Shown one piece after another: positions 37,520 to 47,279 of a stretch of 64,000 nucleotides of DNA. The translations under genes were made by a program, and so were the position numbers. Source of the DNA: Ruminococcus sp. Its GTDB lineage: Bacteria > Bacillota > Clostridia > Oscillospirales > Ruminococcaceae. The stretch's first letter is position 1; each line of letters begins with the position of its first letter. A model generated the notes under the pieces. That model searched no databases. It had not been told where the DNA came from and was given only the letters and a program-made list of their open reading frames with translations. The stretch is taken from the NCBI GenBank assembly GCA_031262495.1, contig JAISHV010000040.1:17561-81560 (forward strand), in the 5' to 3' direction.

Positions 37520-40500
37520 ATGAAAAAGCTAAGGAACAAGATGTTGCGTAGGGCTTTTCTGCTTTGTATGTCTTTTGTGATGCTCTCGGGGATTACTTTA
37601 TTATTCCCGGAGAGAGTTGCCGCAGAAGGTGCGCAGTGGGTTACCATTGACATAATTACCGGCGAATACCTTGCCGGAGAAGAGTATAACGTTTCACAGG
37701 ACTTCATTGATGCCGCAAATGAAAAACTCATAAGGGAAGCTCGCGGAACCACTTTATACTATGAACAAAAGGCAAGCTACGGGGTTTTGCTTAATGATTT
37801 TGATGCAAGCTACATTGATATACATAATTTCGCCGACCGCTGGGACAGTGAATGGAAAGATAAACTGACGGAAGTTACTTTAACTTCGCAAATGGCAACA
37901 ACGGACAAAGCCGCTTGTATTCCGATAACAGCTACCACTAAAAATGAGATTGATATACAAATTGCGGATGCTATGCTGTCTTGGATGTTTAAAGAGGGGT
38001 CATTTACCGCTGCGGATGATAACAAGGAAAACGGATATGTTTTAAATTTCTACGACCCGAGCGGCAATAAGACAGGCAAAGAACTCCTTGAAGACTTTCC
38101 TTATGAGTTGATTTCTACCTGTTTCCCTCACTTATATCTTGGTACTTGGTTCGCTTACAACGCTAAAGGTCAGCCGGGAACAATGTACATTCGTCAATCA
38201 TGGTACGGTGATATATACCATTGGGCTGAAGAAAAAATGGCGGTTCTGGAATTAGTGAATACATTCGGTTCAACACCCGCAGAAATCAGAAAAAACGCCA
38301 ATGATTATCTCTGTGATGTTTGTTACTATTATAACCCGGATAACCCCGGTGTCCCTGAACAACACGCCGGACAGTTTCCATATTGTGCTTTAGTTGAGGG
38401 CGACCCTGTTTGTAACGGCTATGCTTTGGCATATTCACTGCTTTGCCTCTCGAATGGCGTAGATATGCGATATGTCAGCGGCAGAGCCGGCGGCGGTCAC
38501 GCATGGAATTTATTCTATAAAGAAGAAACAAACGACACGACACTGTATATGACAGACGTAACTTGGAACGACCCGGGCGGATACTACCCGAATACCGGAA
38601 AATATACTAACAATCCATGGTACGGCTTTTTTGAAAAAACGTGGGCAAGTGTGAAAAGCGATCGTTCACTTACTCTCGGTGAAACATTCTTAAATCAATG
38701 GTTTGCTAAATTAGACGAAATTGATGAAGCAAATACAAAAACTTTTGAGCCACAAACAGGCTATGACTATACAAAAAATGTCGTTGATTATGAAGCTGAA
38801 ACCGTAACCATACCAAAAGATTATAAGTATTCCGCAGCCGAAACTCTGCCCGGAGACTGGACTGCTATAACAACAGTTTCAGACGGCGAAACCGCTATAG
38901 CACTTGACCTCCCTAATGATGACTCAGCCGTAACATTCTTCTTTTATGACGGCGAAAAAGTCGGCATGGTGTCTTTTAAACGCCCTGCTAAAGCATATCT
39001 TAGTGATACCGATAATAATGGCGGGAAATTATCAGTTGAAAACACTACAGGTTTCGAGTACGATATTACAGAGGATGGTGCTGCACCTACAGAATGGGCA
39101 GATTTCGGCGAGAGCTATACAAATACCGATTTAAAATCTACAGAAACGTTATACTACAGAAAAAAAGCCACAGATTCTGCTTTTGCCTCGCCGATTTTGA
39201 CCTTAGCCGATAATGCTTCCGTTCAAGGCGGCACTGATGAAACAGACCCTACGGTTGTTTTCCCCGACGACGATGCCGCTTACCCGGCTGTCGAACCGGC
39301 ATCATTCGGCGAAGACCCTGTTATATATTATTCTGAAACAGACAGCAGCGTCTATCTGAAATTTGACGGCGGTACCTCAAAATACTGGGAATACAGCAAA
39401 GCCGCGAAAAAAGGCTATAAAAGTGCCATAGCGGTATTAGCCGGAGAAGAAGGCGAAGACGAGAGTAAGAAAACTGTAGAATTTGCAGATATAACAGCAC
39501 TTGTTAAAAACGGAAAACCCGGAAATGCAACAGCGGGCGATGTAAAAATTTACGTCAGACATAAATCTACAGAAACATCAGAAGCCGGATATCCGGATGC
39601 AGACACCGACAACAAATACTTAGAGCTATCAGCCCCCATAGAGGGCAGACCCGCCGCACCGGCTGTACAAGTTAAATTCAAACTTCAAACCTCAGGCGAC
39701 GGCAAAGGTACGCCTTTAGACGGTGATGCTAAATTTAACAATAAGGATATCGTATTCGACCCGTTCACAGACAGCTTGAATTTCAAAGCCACAGGCAAAT
39801 ATATAATAAAAGTCGGCGGCAATAATTTAGTATACTCCGCGAACAGCGAAACCCCCGCTACAATGGTTTTAAAACTATCCGACTTTGACACAATCGCGGA
39901 ATTTGATTTAGGTTTAGAAAATCTCTCCGCCGCCGAAACGATTTATATTTCAATAGCCGGCAGTAACGGCGTGGCGAAATACCCCACATCAAAAGAAGCT
40001 AAACTCGCTATCCCCGCGAAATCCACCGCACCCAAAGCATCCGTTGATTTCACCAAAAACACTGTCAAAGGCTTGTCTGCGGCAATGGAATACAGAATCG
40101 CGGCTAAAGACGAGGGTGTTCTCAAGTGGACTGAATGGGCGGATATTACCGACAAAACGCTTGATTTATCGGCAATACCGACCGCCGAAAAAATCGCTGT
40201 CAGAACCAAAGCGACTTATGCAAAACGCGTTTCGGAATCGAAAGTTTTAGATTTAGGGGTTGCACGTGCGAAAGTCCCCGCGTTTGCTTTGGATATCGCA
40301 GCAGAAACTATTGAAATTTCGTCTCCCGGTACAACGATCTACGAATACCGCATTAATAAATACAAAAAGACAAGTGCAACAGATGCTACTTTAATTGACA
40401 ACTGGACTGCATGGACGGCTTTCGGTACAACGCAATCCGGAACAAAGAAAATCGACGCTGATGGTACGATAAATATCGCCGCCCTCGGCGCAATACCGAA

Positions 40501-40897
40501 TTACAACACAAAAGCCTCCGGTTCAGGCGAGGCAGTGTATGTCAATAATTATGTTTTACAGGTTCGTGTTAAAGGTATTAATGCAACCGATGACGCTGAC
40601 GGTGTAAAAGCGAGTGCATCCAAAACATTCGTAATCAAACCCCGCGCCGAAATAAAAGCACTTGCCCTGCAACCCACAACAAAGTATATTCAGTTCAAAG
40701 TTCCGTCAACAGAAACAGCAGCAATCCCCACCGACTTGAGCTATGAATATTATATGAAACAGTCAGACGGGAAAGTTGAATGGAAAGACGTCACCGGAAA
40801 CTTCGGCGGCACAGCAAACAAAGGCACATATTACGTCAGAAAAAAAGCCGACAGCGACTACTCCAACTCCGCAACAGTATCAATAACAGTAAAGTAA
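37520..40897 (+). CDS. secreted transglutaminase-like (Cys-His-Asp) protein with Ig/FN3-like C-terminal repeats
   Basis: Signal peptide. Transglutaminase-core triad context GDPVCNGYALAYSLLCLSNG ... GGGHAWNLFY ... MTDVTWND. It is a paralogue of 43375..45330. ATG 37520 is preceded by GGAGAG. Confidence 0.8.
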   Translation: MKKLRNKMLRRAFLLCMSFVMLSGITLLFPERVAAEGAQWVTIDIITGEYLAGEEYNVSQDFIDAANEKLIREARGTTLYYEQKASYGVLLNDFDASYIDIHNFADRWDSEWKDKLTEVTLTSQMATTDKAACIPITATTKNEIDIQIADAMLSWMFKEGSFTAADDNKENGYVLNFYDPSGNKTGKELLEDFPYELISTCFPHLYLGTWFAYNAKGQPGTMYIRQSWYGDIYHWAEEKMAVLELVNTFGSTPAEIRKNANDYLCDVCYYYNPDNPGVPEQHAGQFPYCALVEGDPVCNGYALAYSLLCLSNGVDMRYVSGRAGGGHAWNLFYKEETNDTTLYMTDVTWNDPGGYYPNTGKYTNNPWYGFFEKTWASVKSDRSLTLGETFLNQWFAKLDEIDEANTKTFEPQTGYDYTKNVVDYEAETVTIPKDYKYSAAETLPGDWTAITTVSDGETAIALDLPNDDSAVTFFFYDGEKVGMVSFKRPAKAYLSDTDNNGGKLSVENTTGFEYDITEDGAAPTEWADFGESYTNTDLKSTETLYYRKKATDSAFASPILTLADNASVQGGTDETDPTVVFPDDDAAYPAVEPASFGEDPVIYYSETDSSVYLKFDGGTSKYWEYSKAAKKGYKSAIAVLAGEEGEDESKKTVEFADITALVKNGKPGNATAGDVKIYVRHKSTETSEAGYPDADTDNKYLELSAPIEGRPAAPAVQVKFKLQTSGDGKGTPLDGDAKFNNKDIVFDPFTDSLNFKATGKYIIKVGGNNLVYSANSETPATMVLKLSDFDTIAEFDLGLENLSAAETIYISIAGSNGVAKYPTSKEAKLAIPAKSTAPKASVDFTKNTVKGLSAAMEYRIAAKDEGVLKWTEWADITDKTLDLSAIPTAEKIAVRTKATYAKRVSESKVLDLGVARAKVPAFALDIAAETIEISSPGTTIYEYRINKYKKTSATDATLIDNWTAWTAFGTTQSGTKKIDADGTINIAALGAIPNYNTKASGSGEAVYVNNYVLQVRVKGINATDDADGVKASASKTFVIKPRAEIKALALQPTTKYIQFKVPSTETAAIPTDLSYEYYMKQSDGKVEWKDVTGNFGGTANKGTYYVRKKADSDYSNSATVSITVK

Positions 40898-40915
40898 AAT
40901 AGTCAGCCCTGCCGG

Positions 40916-40968
40916 TGCCCCGGTAGGGCTGTGCAACCACGCTGTGTATCACTGACAGAAGTCTTTCA
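40916..40968 (+). repeat. conserved 3'-UTR motif, copy 2
   Basis: GCCCCGGTAGGGCTGTGCAACCACGCTGTGTATCACTGACAGAAGTCTTTCA lies about 20 nt after the stop at 40897. It is preceded by the hairpin CAGCCCTGCCGG..CCGGTAGGGCTG. Confidence 0.65.
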
Positions 40969-41078
40969 GGTGTATTATCATTAAATATGGAAAATATAAT
41001 CAAACGCCATGATCTCTGTAAAATCTGCATTATAGAAATTTTCTATAAAAAATTCACAGAAAAATAACGAAAAAAAAA

Positions 41079-41107
41079 TTGACATTCGTCAAAAATTGTA
41101 GTATAAT
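41079..41107 (+). promoter_or_regulatory. sigma-A promoter of the MCP gene
   Basis: TTGACA, 17 nt, TATAAT. Confidence 0.6.
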
Positions 41108-41210
41108 GTATCTGTTTAAATTAAGTATTGAAATAGTTCGGTATTCGGGAGATTTTTCAGGATACTACATTTTGTAAATTTTTAAAAAATAATTTAAGGA
41201 TGGTAATACC

Positions 41211-43262
41211 TTGAAAAATCTTAAAATTTCTATGAAGATGTTCATAGGATTCGGTGCGGCTATTGCATTACTGCTTATTGTGGCAATAGTTTCAGTCGTG
41301 GTAAACTCAAACTCAATCTCGGAAAGTACATCCGTACAAAAGGCTGTCGCCATTAACGATACCGTTATGCAAACCAAAAATGACCTTGATGCATATCGAA
41401 TTGATGCAAGCAAGTTCATTACTATGTATGACGAACAGACTTATAAAGACCTGCAAACAGCCAAACAAACCCTTGACGCAACATTCACATCTGCATATGA
41501 CACTGTTACGGGCAACGCCGTTTCAAATCGTTTGGCGGGAGCTGAACTCCAGAGCGTCGGCGATGGCTTAACCGAGTACTATGCTCTCATAGAACAGATT
41601 AATCAAGGCTATCTTGACAGTAACGCCAATGCCGCAATCTGTGTTGAAAACGGTAATGTTGTTACAGCAACACTGGGCGAAATCTGGACAAATTTCTACG
41701 ATAAAACCGAAGCAAGTATTGCGACAAATGAAAATACAGCTTTGCGTTTAGAACAACTCAACCATATATATGAAATAACGAATAACCTTGCTACATTCCG
41801 TGCAGTCGGTTCAAAAATCATCGGCAAGATGAGTGCTGTCGGCGCAGGAGACTATCACACACCGGCTAACAACGTCGTAACACATCTGACAGAGCTTTCG
41901 GGTTTATTGACCGTTGCGGCTGACCGTGAAACTGTAGATACAATGCTTGCCGCATTTAACAATTATGTAACAGGCTTAGACGAATTTGTTGAAATAATGG
42001 GACAAGTTGACACAGACTGTGCGGCGGCGACAACGCTTGCAGCTGAAATCGGCGATGAACTTGATTCGGGTATGGCGAAGATTTCAGAGTCTCAAAACGG
42101 TCAGCTTGTAGGTATCGTTGATTCAGCTACAGCAGGGTTAATTCTTGTTGTTGCAATTTCAGCTGTTGCCTTAGTTATATCAATTTTCTTTGCTCTTTAT
42201 ATCACAAGAACAATCGTTTCCGCCTTAGGATTTGTTGTCGCTATTATGAGCGAACTCGCAAGGGGCAGGACTGAATACTCTGATGAAGAATGGGCAGCAA
42301 GTGCTAAATTCTGTCAGTCTCAAGACGAACTCGGCGAGTGTGCCCGTAAACTTATCGACATTAATAACACGCTTATTGATATTAGTACTACTGTCGAGGC
42401 AATTGCCAACGGTGATCTTACGATTAGTTATACACCGAAAGGTCCTCAAGATAGATCGGGCAATGCAATGGTTCGTGTTATCGACAACCTCAACACAATG
42501 ATGAGAGAAATAAATACCGCAACAGCAGAGGTTCAAAGCGGTGCGGATCAAATTGCAGTAGGTTCCCAAAATTTAGCACAAGGCTCAACAGAACAAGCTG
42601 CTACTATCGAAGAACTTTCATCGTCAATTAACGATGTAGCCGGGAAAACCAATCAAAATACCGACATGGCAAAAGGTGCAGCTGATCTTTCTCTCCGCAT
42701 AAAAGAAAACGCCGAAAAAGGCAATCAGCAGATGAGCGAAATGACAATTGCAGTTGAAGAAATCAACAAAGCGTCGCAAGACATCTCAAAAGTTATCAAG
42801 GTTATAGATGATATCGCATTCCAGACTAATATCTTAGCACTTAATGCAGCTGTTGAAGCGGCAAGAGCGGGTGAGGCGGGCAAAGGTTTTGCCGTTGTCG
42901 CCGATGAAGTACGTAACCTTGCAAGCAAGTCCGCCGCTGCTGCAAAAGAAACAGGTGCACTTATTGAAAGCAGTATGAAAAAAGCTGAAGTCGGTGCACA
43001 AATTGCAACCGGAACTGCTACATCGTTAAGCGAGATTGTTGATGGAATCAATCAATCCGCAGAAATCGTACGTCAGATTTCCACCGCTTCGGAAGAACAA
43101 AGCAACGCGATTCGCCAAATCACATCGGCTATCGACCAAGTGAGCGAGGTTGTACAACGCAACACAGCTACAGCAGAAGAATCAGCCGCATCGAGTGAAG
43201 AACTCAAGGCACAGGCTAATGTACTTGCAGGTAATGTAGCAAAATTCACATTAAAAGCATGA
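41211..43262 (+). CDS. methyl-accepting chemotaxis protein
   Basis: The N-terminus [15 protein letters not shown] with a TM helix, a roughly 270-aa sensor region, a second TM helix and HAMP. The signalling domain has [37 protein letters not shown]. Confidence 0.9.
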   Translation: MKNLKISMKMFIGFGAAIALLLIVAIVSVVVNSNSISESTSVQKAVAINDTVMQTKNDLDAYRIDASKFITMYDEQTYKDLQTAKQTLDATFTSAYDTVTGNAVSNRLAGAELQSVGDGLTEYYALIEQINQGYLDSNANAAICVENGNVVTATLGEIWTNFYDKTEASIATNENTALRLEQLNHIYEITNNLATFRAVGSKIIGKMSAVGAGDYHTPANNVVTHLTELSGLLTVAADRETVDTMLAAFNNYVTGLDEFVEIMGQVDTDCAAATTLAAEIGDELDSGMAKISESQNGQLVGIVDSATAGLILVVAISAVALVISIFFALYITRTIVSALGFVVAIMSELARGRTEYSDEEWAASAKFCQSQDELGECARKLIDINNTLIDISTTVEAIANGDLTISYTPKGPQDRSGNAMVRVIDNLNTMMREINTATAEVQSGADQIAVGSQNLAQGSTEQAATIEELSSSINDVAGKTNQNTDMAKGAADLSLRIKENAEKGNQQMSEMTIAVEEINKASQDISKVIKVIDDIAFQTNILALNAAVEAARAGEAGKGFAVVADEVRNLASKSAAAAKETGALIESSMKKAEVGAQIATGTATSLSEIVDGINQSAEIVRQISTASEEQSNAIRQITSAIDQVSEVVQRNTATAEESAASSEELKAQANVLAGNVAKFTLKA

Positions 43263-43374
43263 CATATTAAATTGTATTAAATTTTCCGACAATGGGAGTG
43301 TCTGAAAGATTTCTACATATGAAAACTTAATCATACATAAAATCTGCTGCAATTTTCGTGGGGAGCAAAGCTAA

Positions 43375-45330
43375 ATGAAAAAGCGTAAAAATATGATATT
43401 GCGAAAATTATTTATGTTTTGTTTGTCGTTTGTGATACTAATCAGTACTGCAACGGCATCCCCGCAAAAGATTGCAGCAGATTTAATTTCGGCAACCGAC
43501 GAACCGGCAGGTTGGGCTGAGGTAGCTGATGAACCGGCAGATTTAAATGAGACGGCTGATGAGCCGACAGGTTGGGCTGCCCTTGATTCAATCACAGGCG
43601 AATACCTTCTCGGTGATGAATATAAGATTGATGATGATTTTATCAATTCCGCTGACACAAAACTTATGTATATGGCATTGGACGTACCCGTTCTCTACGC
43701 TCAGGGAACACAAGACGGTATTCCGCTGAAAAATTTTGATGCAAGCTATATTGATGTACATAATTTCGCAGGACGCTGGGATAGCTATTGGTCGAATTTA
43801 TTAACCGCCGTTAAGGTAGGTAGTTTAACAAAATATTCGATTCCGCTTACATTCACGAATGAAAATGATACGAAAATTCAGATAGCCGACGCGCTGCTTT
43901 CATTTATGATGAAAGACGGTACATATTCAGTTGTTGGTGACAACGCCGGTTATATGCTGAATTTTTATGATCCCGCCGGTAAAAAAACCGGCATAGAAAT
44001 TGGTGAATACTTTGAGTTTGACTTGCTTTACTCTTGTTTCCCGCATTACCACTATATGTATTACAGCTATTACGCCGATCCCGGTATGCCGGTACAAATA
44101 GTTATCGCACAGACAAGGGATATCAGCGGTTCAATGCACTGGATCGAAGAAAAAGAAGTAGTGACTGAATTAGTAGGGACGTTAGGTTCGACACCCGAAG
44201 AAATAAGAAAAAATGCGAATGATTACCTCTGTGAACGTTGTTATTATAATAGCCCGAATGATCCCGGTGCCGCTGACTATCACAACGGACAGAGGGCATA
44301 TTGCGCTTTAGTTGAGGGCGACCCTGTCTGTAATGGTTATGCCTTAGCATACGCTTTACTTTGTATGTCAAACGGCGTTGATATGCGTTATGTTTCCGGT
44401 CAGGCAGGAGGGCTTCACGCATGGAATTTATTCTATAAAGAAGAAACACCAAGCGACAGAACCCTTTATTTGACAGACGTAACATGGAACGACCCGGGCG
44501 GATATTACCCCGAGACAGGTGAATATACTAACAATCCAAACTTAAATCACTTTGAAAAGCCATGGAGTACTTACGGTCAAAGAACCCTCAGCCTCGGCGA
44601 CAGTTTAATTGACCTCTGGTTTGCTCATCTCGACATGATCGACAGCGTATATGCAAAACCTTTTGAGCCCGAACCCGTCCATGATTTCAGCGGACACTCA
44701 ATTGATTATACAAATGAAACTATTATTGTACCCTTGGGCGTAAAATATTCTATGACAGATACCGAGCCGTCAAACTGGACAACGGCACCAAACGGAACGG
44801 GTGCGCGAGTATCACTGCAACTCCCCAATAACTCGGAAACTGCTTTTCGTTGGTTTTATAAAAACGGTTCAACCGGTATTAAAACACTAAAACGCCCCGA
44901 TATAGAACACTTAACAGACACTAATATTGAACGCCGTGAAATAACAGTTGAAAACGCCGCAGGGTATGAATACAGTATAGTTGACAGAGGGTCTTCTCCC
45001 CAAACATGGACTGAATTTACATTACCCTATCAGCTTATTGATTATAGCAGTTCAAAAACAGTGTATTACAGAAAGAAAGCCACGAGTTCGGCTTTTGCGT
45101 CACCGTATGCAATATTAGCTGATTATGCGATAGTTGATCCCGGTGATGCTGATGCGGACGGCAAAGTAACTAACATGGATGTTACGCGCCTGAAACAATA
45201 TAGTGCCGGTTGGCCGGTCGATATATACATCATGGGGGCAGACGCAGACGGAGACGGCATTATAACCAATCAAGATGTTACAATACTTAAACAGTATAAC
45301 GCTGGGTGGAATGTAAAACTCGGTAAGTAA
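43375..45330 (+). CDS. secreted transglutaminase-like protein with C-terminal type-I dockerin
   Basis: Same Cys-His-Asp core as 37520..40897 (GDPVCNGYALAYALLCMSNG, GLHAWNLFY, LTDVTWND). The C-terminus has two Ca-binding dockerin segments, DADADGKVTNMDVTRLKQY and DADGDGIITNQDVTILKQY. GGGGAG SD. Confidence 0.85.
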   Translation: MKKRKNMILRKLFMFCLSFVILISTATASPQKIAADLISATDEPAGWAEVADEPADLNETADEPTGWAALDSITGEYLLGDEYKIDDDFINSADTKLMYMALDVPVLYAQGTQDGIPLKNFDASYIDVHNFAGRWDSYWSNLLTAVKVGSLTKYSIPLTFTNENDTKIQIADALLSFMMKDGTYSVVGDNAGYMLNFYDPAGKKTGIEIGEYFEFDLLYSCFPHYHYMYYSYYADPGMPVQIVIAQTRDISGSMHWIEEKEVVTELVGTLGSTPEEIRKNANDYLCERCYYNSPNDPGAADYHNGQRAYCALVEGDPVCNGYALAYALLCMSNGVDMRYVSGQAGGLHAWNLFYKEETPSDRTLYLTDVTWNDPGGYYPETGEYTNNPNLNHFEKPWSTYGQRTLSLGDSLIDLWFAHLDMIDSVYAKPFEPEPVHDFSGHSIDYTNETIIVPLGVKYSMTDTEPSNWTTAPNGTGARVSLQLPNNSETAFRWFYKNGSTGIKTLKRPDIEHLTDTNIERREITVENAAGYEYSIVDRGSSPQTWTEFTLPYQLIDYSSSKTVYYRKKATSSAFASPYAILADYAIVDPGDADADGKVTNMDVTRLKQYSAGWPVDIYIMGADADGDGIITNQDVTILKQYNAGWNVKLGK

Positions 45331-45411
45331 CCCGAAAAAATCTTCTTAGAAAATACCGCACGATTCTGTGAAGTTTGCCTACGATTTATGAAACCAATCT
45401 AACATAACTAC

Positions 45412-45447
45412 AAGCTCCCCGCAAATAAACGCGAGGAGCTTATTTGT
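45412..45447 (+). terminator. intrinsic terminator
   Basis: AAGCTCCCCGC aaataaac GCGAGGAGCTT followed by ATTTGT. Confidence 0.6.
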
Positions 45448-45466
45448 ATACGGCGCGAAAAGGGTA

Positions 45467-45495
45467 TTGACAAACGGCGGGATTTACGGTATAAT
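45467..45495 (+). promoter_or_regulatory. sigma-A promoter feeding a hairpin-rich 300-nt leader
   Basis: TTGACA, 17 nt, TATAAT. Confidence 0.55.
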
Positions 45496-45544
45496 GGATT
45501 AAGAAATATTCACATAAAGCCTTTTAAATTTATACTATTCTCCA

Positions 45545-45612
45545 ATTAAAAAACGCCTTGCGTTTTTTAATTGCTCGTCAGCTTTGCTGACGAGAGCCGC
45601 CCGTAGGGCGGC
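45545..45612 (+). repeat. three consecutive perfect hairpins
   Basis: AATTAAAAAACGC ctt GCGTTTTTTAATT; CTCGTCAGC ttt GCTGACGAG; GCCGCCC gta GGGCGGC. Confidence 0.8.
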
Positions 45613-45625
45613 AGAGAAGCCGTTC

Positions 45626-45723
45626 AATACTAATATCTGCGGCGTGTAGCAACGCTACGTAGCACACGCCGCTGTGCGGCGGCAATAAAAACATTTTCAA
45701 TGTTTTTATTGGATATTAGTATT
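45626..45723 (+). mobile_element. 98-bp mini element with perfect 12-bp inverted termini AATACTAATATC
   Basis: AATACTAATATC ... GATATTAGTATT. The interior consists of two hairpins: GCGGCGTGT..ACACGCCGC and CAATAAAAACATT ttc AATGTTTTTATTG. It shares the TACTAATAT terminus with the three larger elements. Confidence 0.6.
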
Positions 45724-45793
45724 ACATATTACCGTACCTTGTTAAACAACACGGAAATGACATAAGGATATTGAGATAAAGGAAAAAAATCAG

Positions 45794-46294
45794 ATGGATA
45801 AATTAAATGAAATCCTCGCCGAAGTAACCTCAAAAATGATTGAATATGAATCGGGTAAACCTGATAAAACAGGGCATTTTTTAAAAGTCCACGGCTTTGC
45901 GCAGACTATTGGACGGCTTGAAAAATTAAGTGAAGAAGAATTATTCACACTCGAAATTGCAGCACTTGTTCACGATATCGGCATTAATCCGGCTCTTGAT
46001 AAATACGGGAGCGGAGCCGGTAAGTATCAAGAACTTGAGGGCCCGGCTGTTGCTGAAAAATTGCTTGAAAATTTCGATATTTCTGACTCAATTATGGCGC
46101 GTGTTTGTTTCCTCGTCGGTCATCACCACACTTATACAGGAATTGACGGAATTGATTGGCAGATACTTCTTGAAGCTGATTTACTTGTGAATATACTCGA
46201 AGAAAAAATGTCGATTGAAGCAATTAAAAGCGCATATGACAAAGTTTTTAAAACTTCGACAGGAAAACGCATTTGCGAAAAGTTATATCTGTAA
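45794..46294 (+). CDS. HD-domain phosphohydrolase
   Basis: H...HD motif (FLKVHGF...AALVHDIG) and a downstream HHH cluster (LVGHHHTY). Confidence 0.75.
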   Translation: MDKLNEILAEVTSKMIEYESGKPDKTGHFLKVHGFAQTIGRLEKLSEEELFTLEIAALVHDIGINPALDKYGSGAGKYQELEGPAVAEKLLENFDISDSIMARVCFLVGHHHTYTGIDGIDWQILLEADLLVNILEEKMSIEAIKSAYDKVFKTSTGKRICEKLYL

Positions 46295-46350
46295 TCTGAA
46301 ACATTAATAAACGAACTTCCCACGGGCGAGTATCAACAGCATAAAAAATA

Positions 46351-46379
46351 GCCGCGCTGAAATTAAATTTCAGCGCGGT
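46351..46379. terminator. bidirectional terminator between convergent genes
   Basis: GCCGCGCTGAAAT taa ATTTCAGCGCGGT flanked by A and T runs. Confidence 0.75.
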
Positions 46380-46411
46380 GTATTTAATTACAAAGCAGGA
46401 ACGTTATTAAA

Positions 46412-47026
46412 TCATCCCAAGCAAGGTTTCATTAAATCAAATTCAGGATTCATAGCATAGAAATTCTTAGCATCAAGGTTATCCTGTACAATTCGCAGAC
46501 CCTCGCCGAAACGCTGAAAATGAACAATTTCACGTTCGCGTAAAAAGCGGATCGCATCTTTTACATCAGGGTCGTCAACAAGCCTCAAAATATTATCGTA
46601 TGTTGTACGGGCTTTTTGTTCCGCCGCCATATCCTCAACCAAGTCAGTTATAGCATCACCTTTTGACTGGATAGGCGAAACAGAGAACGGAACTCCGGAA
46701 GCTGAGACGGGGTATATTCCCGAAGTATGATCCACAAAATACGCATCAAACCCCTGATCTTTAATTTGGTCAATTGAGAGATTACGGGTCAGCTGATATA
46801 CAATAGCGGATATCATTTCTACGTGAGCGAGTTCCTCCGTCCCAATATCAGTAAGCAACCCTTTAACCTGCCCATACGGCATAGTATACCTTTGGCTTAA
46901 ATAGCGCAGACTTGCGCCGAGTTCTCCGTCCGGACCGCCGAGCTGTGTGATTATAATATTTGCAGCTTTGGCATCGGGTGTTTTAATATTAACCGGATAT
47001 TGTAATTTTTTCTCATAAGTCCACAT
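46412..47026 (-). CDS. cotJC: spore coat protein CotJC (manganese-catalase family)
   Basis: The N-terminus MWTYEKKLQYPVNIKTPDAKAANIIITQLGGPDGELGASLRYLSQRY and EELAHVEMI are characteristic. It is the last gene of a cotJA-JB-JC arrangement. Confidence 0.9.
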   Translation of the reverse strand: MWTYEKKLQYPVNIKTPDAKAANIIITQLGGPDGELGASLRYLSQRYTMPYGQVKGLLTDIGTEELAHVEMISAIVYQLTRNLSIDQIKDQGFDAYFVDHTSGIYPVSASGVPFSVSPIQSKGDAITDLVEDMAAEQKARTTYDNILRLVDDPDVKDAIRFLREREIVHFQRFGEGLRIVQDNLDAKNFYAMNPEFDLMKPCLG

Positions 47027-47027
47027 A

Positions 47028-47279
47028 TTAGTTTGCGCTCCTTTCCCACGGCCACGGATTGTTTACCCAACTGAATTTTTCCGCATTTACGGAATTGTTC
47101 GCAACAATAGGTCCCCAGTTTTGAACATACTCCGAAACGGCATTATCTCTTAGGTGTTTGTATTTTTTGTAAGTCGCAAGCGCCTCTTTGTCTGTGGGAT
47201 GTGTGTCCAAGAATAATTTTATATCATTTAAATAAAAGTCATACATTTGGATCGCAAGCATGAGATTTTTCATTGTCAT
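47028..47279 (-). CDS. cotJB: spore coat protein CotJB
   Basis: LAIQMYDFYLNDIKLFLDTHPTDKEAL is CotJB-typical. ATG 47279 forms an ATGA overlap with the cotJA stop. The tracked GTG 47291 has no spacing to an SD. Confidence 0.85.
   Translation of the reverse strand: MTMKNLMLAIQMYDFYLNDIKLFLDTHPTDKEALATYKKYKHLRDNAVSEYVQNWGPIVANNSVNAEKFSWVNNPWPWERSAN

Noticed and set aside
37154-37752. Minus-strand ORFs of 85 aa and 102 aa in and around the ecfT / transglutaminase intergenic region
   Set aside because: They run through the hairpin-rich repeat region, the promoter and the signal-peptide-coding start of the plus-strand gene. They have no SD and no motif.
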